A stretch of 64,000 nt of DNA from Klebsormidium nitens (Eukaryota > Plantae > Klebsormidiophyceae), in NCBI GenBank assembly GCA_000708835.1, contig DF236984.1, positions 228,384-292,383 on the forward strand. Reading direction: 5' to 3'. Shown piece by piece: positions 58,580 to 64,000 of this stretch. A program made the position numbers and the translations under genes. The notes under the pieces are model-generated. The model was not told the origin of the DNA. It saw only the letters and a list, made by a program, of their open reading frames with translations, and made no database searches. Position 1 is the first letter of the stretch; each line of letters starts with the position of its first letter.

Positions 58580-61500
58580 CTACGCTTTCTCAGGCGAGGC
58601 TGCTTGTTGGCTCGGCCCACCTCGACTCCTGCCCAAAGCCTTCATGGACTCACGGGTCATCTCGACGAGTAGCGTTTTCACGTCCCTGCGTGGAAAAGAG
58701 ACGAGATCTCTCAGTAGAAGGCCATCTTTTCCGGAAGGCTTGAAGGAGAAAATTTTCGAAGCCAGAATTGGCAATTGCGTGTTGACAGTAAGAACATTGT
58801 TGAAGCCAGAACTGGCAATCGCGTGTTGACAGTGAGAACACTGTTCGAAGCCAGAGGTGATTGCGCGTTAACAGTGAAACCGTTACATGTCTTCACCTCC
58901 TAGCGAACTATATGGGCACAGGCGCACGAAGGGAGTCGACGATTCTCAGATCGTTAGCACTTGAACCGAACGCCTGTCAATACGTTGAGACTCAGTTGTC
59001 AAGGTTTTCAGCTGAAAGATTGGCAACAGACACCCGGCGTGAGCAGAGCGTCAGCTAAATTCCAGAGCCAAGCTTCTATAACAAGCCGGACCGCAATTTG
59101 GTCGTTGGAAGATGGACGGATGTCGACGGGCACAGACTTGAGCCTGTGGTGCTCCTTGCGAGTACGAGGCCTCTATCTGAGTTCGTCGAAGCGGACAATG
59201 AAGTGGGCGCTCAGCACAGAAGACCGAAAGATGGAAAAGTACCCTGGATGCCAGATTGGGACTCTTCTCGATTGTCGTAAATATTCATCCAGCCTCATAC
59301 TTGAGAGAATCTTATTACAGAGTATCCGAGGAGCTAAAAGCCTGGCTGAAAAGCCTGGCTGGCCAAGGTCTAGATCTTGAGGAAAACGAGATACACGAAG
59401 CTTTTTGAGGAAACCAGTCGACAAAATGCGGAACACGAATGGAGACGGAACCGGAAAACTTGACGGATGGTGTGACTCGGCGTGCTCACCCCCGGTCTGC
59501 GGCTGGCCGGGTGAATGGCACCCGAAGAGCGAAGCTGGAGCCCCCCTGCTTGACCTGCAGCCTCATGCCTAACCGGTCCAGCTCCAACATCTGGGCACCG
59601 TCCAACTGCGGAGAGCAAGCAAGATACTAATTGACTGGAAACGGCTTTTATTTTTCAAAGTCGATGATGAATTCATCGATGTGAAGCAGGAACAGCGATT
59701 CTCCAAGCCGTCAGAAGTTTGTGGATCGCTCTCTGCTGGAGGCCCTTGGCTTCAATGGTGCATAACTACGGGCCTGACCGGTGCGCAGGGGATGTTTGCA
59801 GTGGGGACAACCGTGAAAAAGATCATGCAGACAAAACGGGCAGTGGTACCCACGGCGACATTGTATGCGGCAATCCTACGCCAGCTATCAGAAGAAGTTC
59901 CGGTTTTGTGACAAGAGCTCTTCTTTCATGATGCAGGGTGCCGCTGCGCTGGCCGAGGCGCATGCTCGCACAGTAGAGTCAGGATTCCTTCAAGTATCCA
60001 GCGTTCGAATAGAACTCTTGTGACCAGAGAGTAAAAAACCCGGCAGCCCACCTTAGGGGTGCCCACGTAGTGCTCTACCGTCGCCATGAGCGCGTCCGCA
60101 TGGTCCGCATTCATATGGTCCTGCGCACCCACAAAAAAGATTAGTCCGAATATCATGAACAAGTTTCCTTCGACCAAAAGCGGGCGGCATTTTCCAGAGA
60201 GATGCACACTCAAGAGATGCACACTCATTGCACCTTAGCTCTTCTTTCGGACGGACTAAGTTGAAAATTTGGCCAATTGGCTCCATTATCTTAGATTGCA
60301 CTAGGAGGCATCCCAATAACCCACTTCCTAACCCCAAATTTCAGAAACGAGTCAGATTGTCGCTATCGTGGAGAGGTCCTCTTTTGCGATGGTTGTTTTT
60401 TACGACTTTTCAAAACCCGGAATGGGAAGAAACTCAGACCGTATACAAGAGACACTTAGTGACTTACGAAGGGGGCCCCAAGTACGGCAAAAAGTGAAGA
60501 AAGCTCCACGGTTATTTGGGAAGGGACACCTAGTCTCAAATCAGTGTGCCACGCGGCTCACCATGATCGGTTTCTCAAACTGAGCGATGGGGTCAGGTTC
60601 CGCAGCGGCGAAGTCTTCCGGAGTGAACTGGGTGACAGACGCCCCCATGGCAAAGGTGGCGATGTTTCGGGTCATCCGAATGTGCGTGGGGCGGATCCTC
60701 ACGAAGCGGAAGTCACCAAAATCAACCTGCAAGAGAACAGTCATCGAAGCTTATTGCTAACCAGTGCAAAAAGAAAGGAAGGCGCCGAAACAAGTCTACA
60801 GCCAGATTTCTTACTGTGAAGGTCGTTCACACAGTTGCACAGAGGTCCTACTCTAACCAGCCCGTATATTTGTAAAGCATGGTTGCGGGCGATTGCAGGG
60901 ACGATTGGTTCGCCAATTTCGACCTGCGACGTCACATGCCCAGTTTCCGACCGTGCTGTCCCACAGCTAAGTGTTTCTGTAAAGCATCCAGGAGAGTCAG
61001 CCCTTGCTTCGAGAGAAAGGCTCAAGAGAGTTTTTCCTCAGAATGTGTTTTGAAGTCACGCTACTCTTAAAACAGTAGAAGTGGGACAACCGGACGTTCA
61101 CCAGAATACTAAACGGGTAAATCGAACACCGACTCTTAGTGACAGCTTAAATGTTTACAAATCCGTTCTCTTCGATGCAGTGCTACCAGGATTCTCAAAC
61201 AGTAGCGGTGGCATCTACACACCAACGGGAAGAGCATCGCTGGTACGCTCTAATTACAAAAGCAACCTCCTAGACCATTGAAGCACCTCCAATAGAGGCC
61301 GAAGGTTGTATGCAGAGGTTTGCATCTTGCCGAACGGCCACATAATACTTGGATCAGATCTGGCCGCAATTCAGATGCTAACCACAGAAAGAAAAGTCCA
61401 AAAAGTCTGTAGAAGGAAAGCATTCACGATCCTTACCCAGAAAGCATTTGGATGCTTCTTCAGGTAGGAGTCTCGCACGCTTTGCCGCTCCGCTTCGTCC

Positions 61501-63509
61501 ACAATCTCAGCATTCCCGAGGAGCGTGACCTTAGCGCGGTTCATGCTGTTGAGGTCCCGGGACAAGAAGAAAGAACACTGGGGGTTCCTTTCAAGGTCCT
61601 GCTCGTAACAAAGGGCCAGTCAATCTTGAGCCTGTCTTGAAAATGAGAACTATTTCGGGGGGGAGCGAATGTAAGAGAATCTACTTAGGCCTACCTGAGC
61701 TGGTAACCAGGGGAGCTGCTAAAGGGAACAGGTTGAGAGAAGAGGGTTTGAAGCAGAGCGCACGAGTTGCTTCTGAAGTTTTGGCTTCTAGCACCCTTCT
61801 CTGACCAAGATACTGAAGGATCCCGCTCTCAACAAGCTCACTTCAGATTTGCAAGGCCCGGAAGATCACACGAGGGCGTAAGGTCCGGTAGATCACAAGA
61901 GGGGTGTATCGTCCCTTTGGTTTTTTAAAATGTCAGTTGTCCGAACACGACACGCGTTTGGACACCTGAGAAACAAACTCAAGAGAGTACAAGATCTATA
62001 ATCCGGTCTTGGAGACGGTGGCTACTTCTTAAAGAGGAGAGCTAAACAAACGTCCGCCTATTGTTGTCGGTGGACCAGAACGGATAGAAGGTTGATATAT
62101 TGACATTGTGCACAGGCATCAGAATATCCTAGAAAGCAATGACAAGGTCAGTCTAGGCAGGGGGCCACCATACCTGGGTATGTGGAGATAAGGAACTGAT
62201 AGCAAGGATCGGGCTGCCGGCCTCGTCCGTTGCGTACCCCACGAGCGACCCCATTGGATACCCTTCATGCCTGCTTGAGTGCACTGACAACAGGCCCTGC
62301 CGGCAAATGTCAAGAATGGTGCGCGCCTCTTCAACTGGTGGTAGCTGGGCGGCAGTTTTCTGGTGCTCTTGGACTCTTTCCATGGCCTCAGCAACAGCGT
62401 CCTGCTCCAAGACCTGGGGGTAAAGAAGGTTGAGGTGCAATCTCCGGACATGATTTGGCTTTGTCTTTGCATGGACCCCCACCTTTGAGAATCTTGGGGA
62501 AGAATAGTCTGGGAAAACACGGAATGGCAGCTGATCAGAGCCTGTTGAACATTCGATGCATGTAATACGAGAATTCTAAAGAGTTTTGTGGGGTTTTTGT
62601 ATGAGGACATGCCCCTAGGATTGTAGAACTTACCTCTCACATACCTCTCACGTATTTTCCACGCAATCCTTACAGTTAAGATTGAAAAGTTATGAAACAC
62701 CAAGATCGGCATTCGGGAGGGCACCGACCACTCATCCATAACTTCACCACTACTTAGCAAATGATCAACTACGCTTGTGGTCAAAAGCTGACTCTGTATT
62801 TCCAACGAAGTTTCAATATGCAGCTTGGCAGAATTCTGCATGTTCCACCACTTGTGGCCCAAAGCTCCATTGTATGCACAAAAGGAGTCATTTTCTCAAT
62901 CTATTCAGCAAAAGAAGCTTTCTGCTCCACTTTTCAAGCACAGCACCCTTTAAACATAGGGTTTCAGAGACCACTTGCTTTTCGCTTCAAGAACTTTGTA
63001 GAACACTCCTCTAACCCACGGATCTAACCCACTCAGCATCATTTCCTGTCATATATACAAGTGGGACAGGGCACGTAACTCTGATTTGCAGACTTCCTCA
63101 TTCATTTGGTCCTGATTCATCAGACCACTACTCGGAAAGTACATTCTGATAAACAAAAAGCGTGACCACAATCCGAAAGAAAGAATCTGAGAATCAGGAT
63201 CACAACTCTGCTCACCTGCTCTCCAGCCTGATCGGTTGCAGCAGCCATCGTGACAAAGTTGGAATTTCCCCGTGAGAAACCAAATGCTGACACTAAGTCC
63301 CTACTCCTGCCTGCAGGGGTGCAACGATCACACTTCCTGAACCAGCGCTGTCCGCAGGAACTTAAAAAGGCGCGCGGCACGACTGAAGGCCGTCTGATCA
63401 CTGCAGGTACTGAGCAGGTTTGCACAGACTGTAGGACAGCTTGCGCAGCGGACAGGTCGAGCGACTTTGAGGGAAGGCACCGAGAAAGCGCCTTTGCGGT
63501 GGAAGCCAT
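58580..63509 (-). CDS. HOZ: HugZ-like split-barrel heme-binding/degrading protein (HOZ / pyridoxamine 5'-phosphate oxidase-related family) with N-terminal organellar transit peptide, about 383 aa. Exons 63509-63216, 62413-62174, 61598-61437, 60726-60562, 60120-60052, 59605-59490, 58685-58580
   Basis: Reads LPPVEEARTILD...EGYPMGSLVGYATDEAGSPILAISSLSPHTQ|DLERNPQCSF...KKHPNAFW|VDFGDFRFVRI...|DHMNADHAD...|...LDRLG...RVPFTRPAADRG|DVKTLLVEM. Phases are consistent. Confidence 0.9.
58758..58886. repeat. Intronic tandem repeat, about 44-45 bp x 3
   Basis: GAAGCCAGAA(T/C)TGGCAAT(T/C)GCGTGTTGACAGT(A/G)AGAACA(T/C)TGTT occurs twice plus a decayed third unit, inside the last HOZ intron. Confidence 0.85.
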
Positions 63510-64000
63510 CAGAAGCAGACGAGCAACCGATGCTGCAGAGCAAAATGCTGCGATTTCGAAGGACTGCAATCCACTTGGCCGGTAGCCCTGGCAGCAGCCT
63601 GGCTGGCCTTGATTGCTTCCCAGACAAAGTGCGTGCGCTTGACTGCTACACGTCGCTACATCATGCATATGCTTGCCTGGTGCAGGCTCCTGGCTCAGTG
63701 TGAAAAGGCCGAACTCCTCTTAGTTATCAGCTTGTCATCGAATGGATTGTTTGGTAACCCTGAGATTAGCTTGCCGTACATATCAACATGATCGGGCCGT
63801 CTGGCGACGCCGACGGCCGAGGGCTTGCCTCTTCCGAATTATCGAACGGCTGGAAATTAGCACACAGGGACGACCGGGGCCCTGCAATTGAAGCCGGACG
63901 GCGGAGTTGGCCGCCCGGGCGGAGATACCGGTATGCTTATTCCGGGCCCATCCGGGGGACGTATACCGGTACCCAGGTCTCAGGCTCCTCCCGACCAGTT

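Noticed and set aside
58758-58886. CRISPR-like appearance of the 44-bp repeats
   Set aside because: The units are directly adjacent with no unique spacers, there are only three, no cas genes are present, and they lie in a eukaryotic intron.
62119-62862. 247-aa minus-strand ORF
   Set aside because: It is mostly HOZ intron read in a frame different from the true exon 62413-62174.

Overview
Eukaryotic nuclear DNA with intron-rich genes, GT/GC-AG introns, GC-rich exons and plant-like housekeeping genes. It is most consistent with a streptophyte (charophyte) alga such as Klebsormidium; this is an inference, not a database result. All exon models were built by hand from splice sites and reading-frame phase. 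Ordinary genes at the edges: GPS1/SPS3-type prenyl diphosphate synthase, DPH3/KTI11, a HugZ-like (HOZ) heme protein, and two tandem tRNA-Arg genes. The centre (about 13-54 kb) is an accessory-looking block with four parts. (1) A tandem segmental duplication in which each unit carries a secreted protein resembling the fungal UVI-1 family and a convergent gene with the bacterial ThuA + PQQ-dependent sugar dehydrogenase (GSDH) + PKD + CBM6-like + F5/8C architecture. One copy is intact (17 exons, about 1248 aa); the other is a deleted, frameshifted pseudogene. (2) A class III-like heme peroxidase fused to DUF7036-like repeats and a C-terminal transmembrane anchor; it lacks exactly one of the four canonical disulfides. 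(3) A CDC123/R2K-type ATP-grasp gene. (4) Nearby, an ARM-repeat gene with an in-frame TGA where Cys is expected. Many introns are built from tandem, decaying copies of the neighbouring splice junction. A TA-flanked MITE, a TTAA-flanked element with a tRNA-like core, and TACCGTA/TACGGTA-rich patches at the duplication borders are also present.
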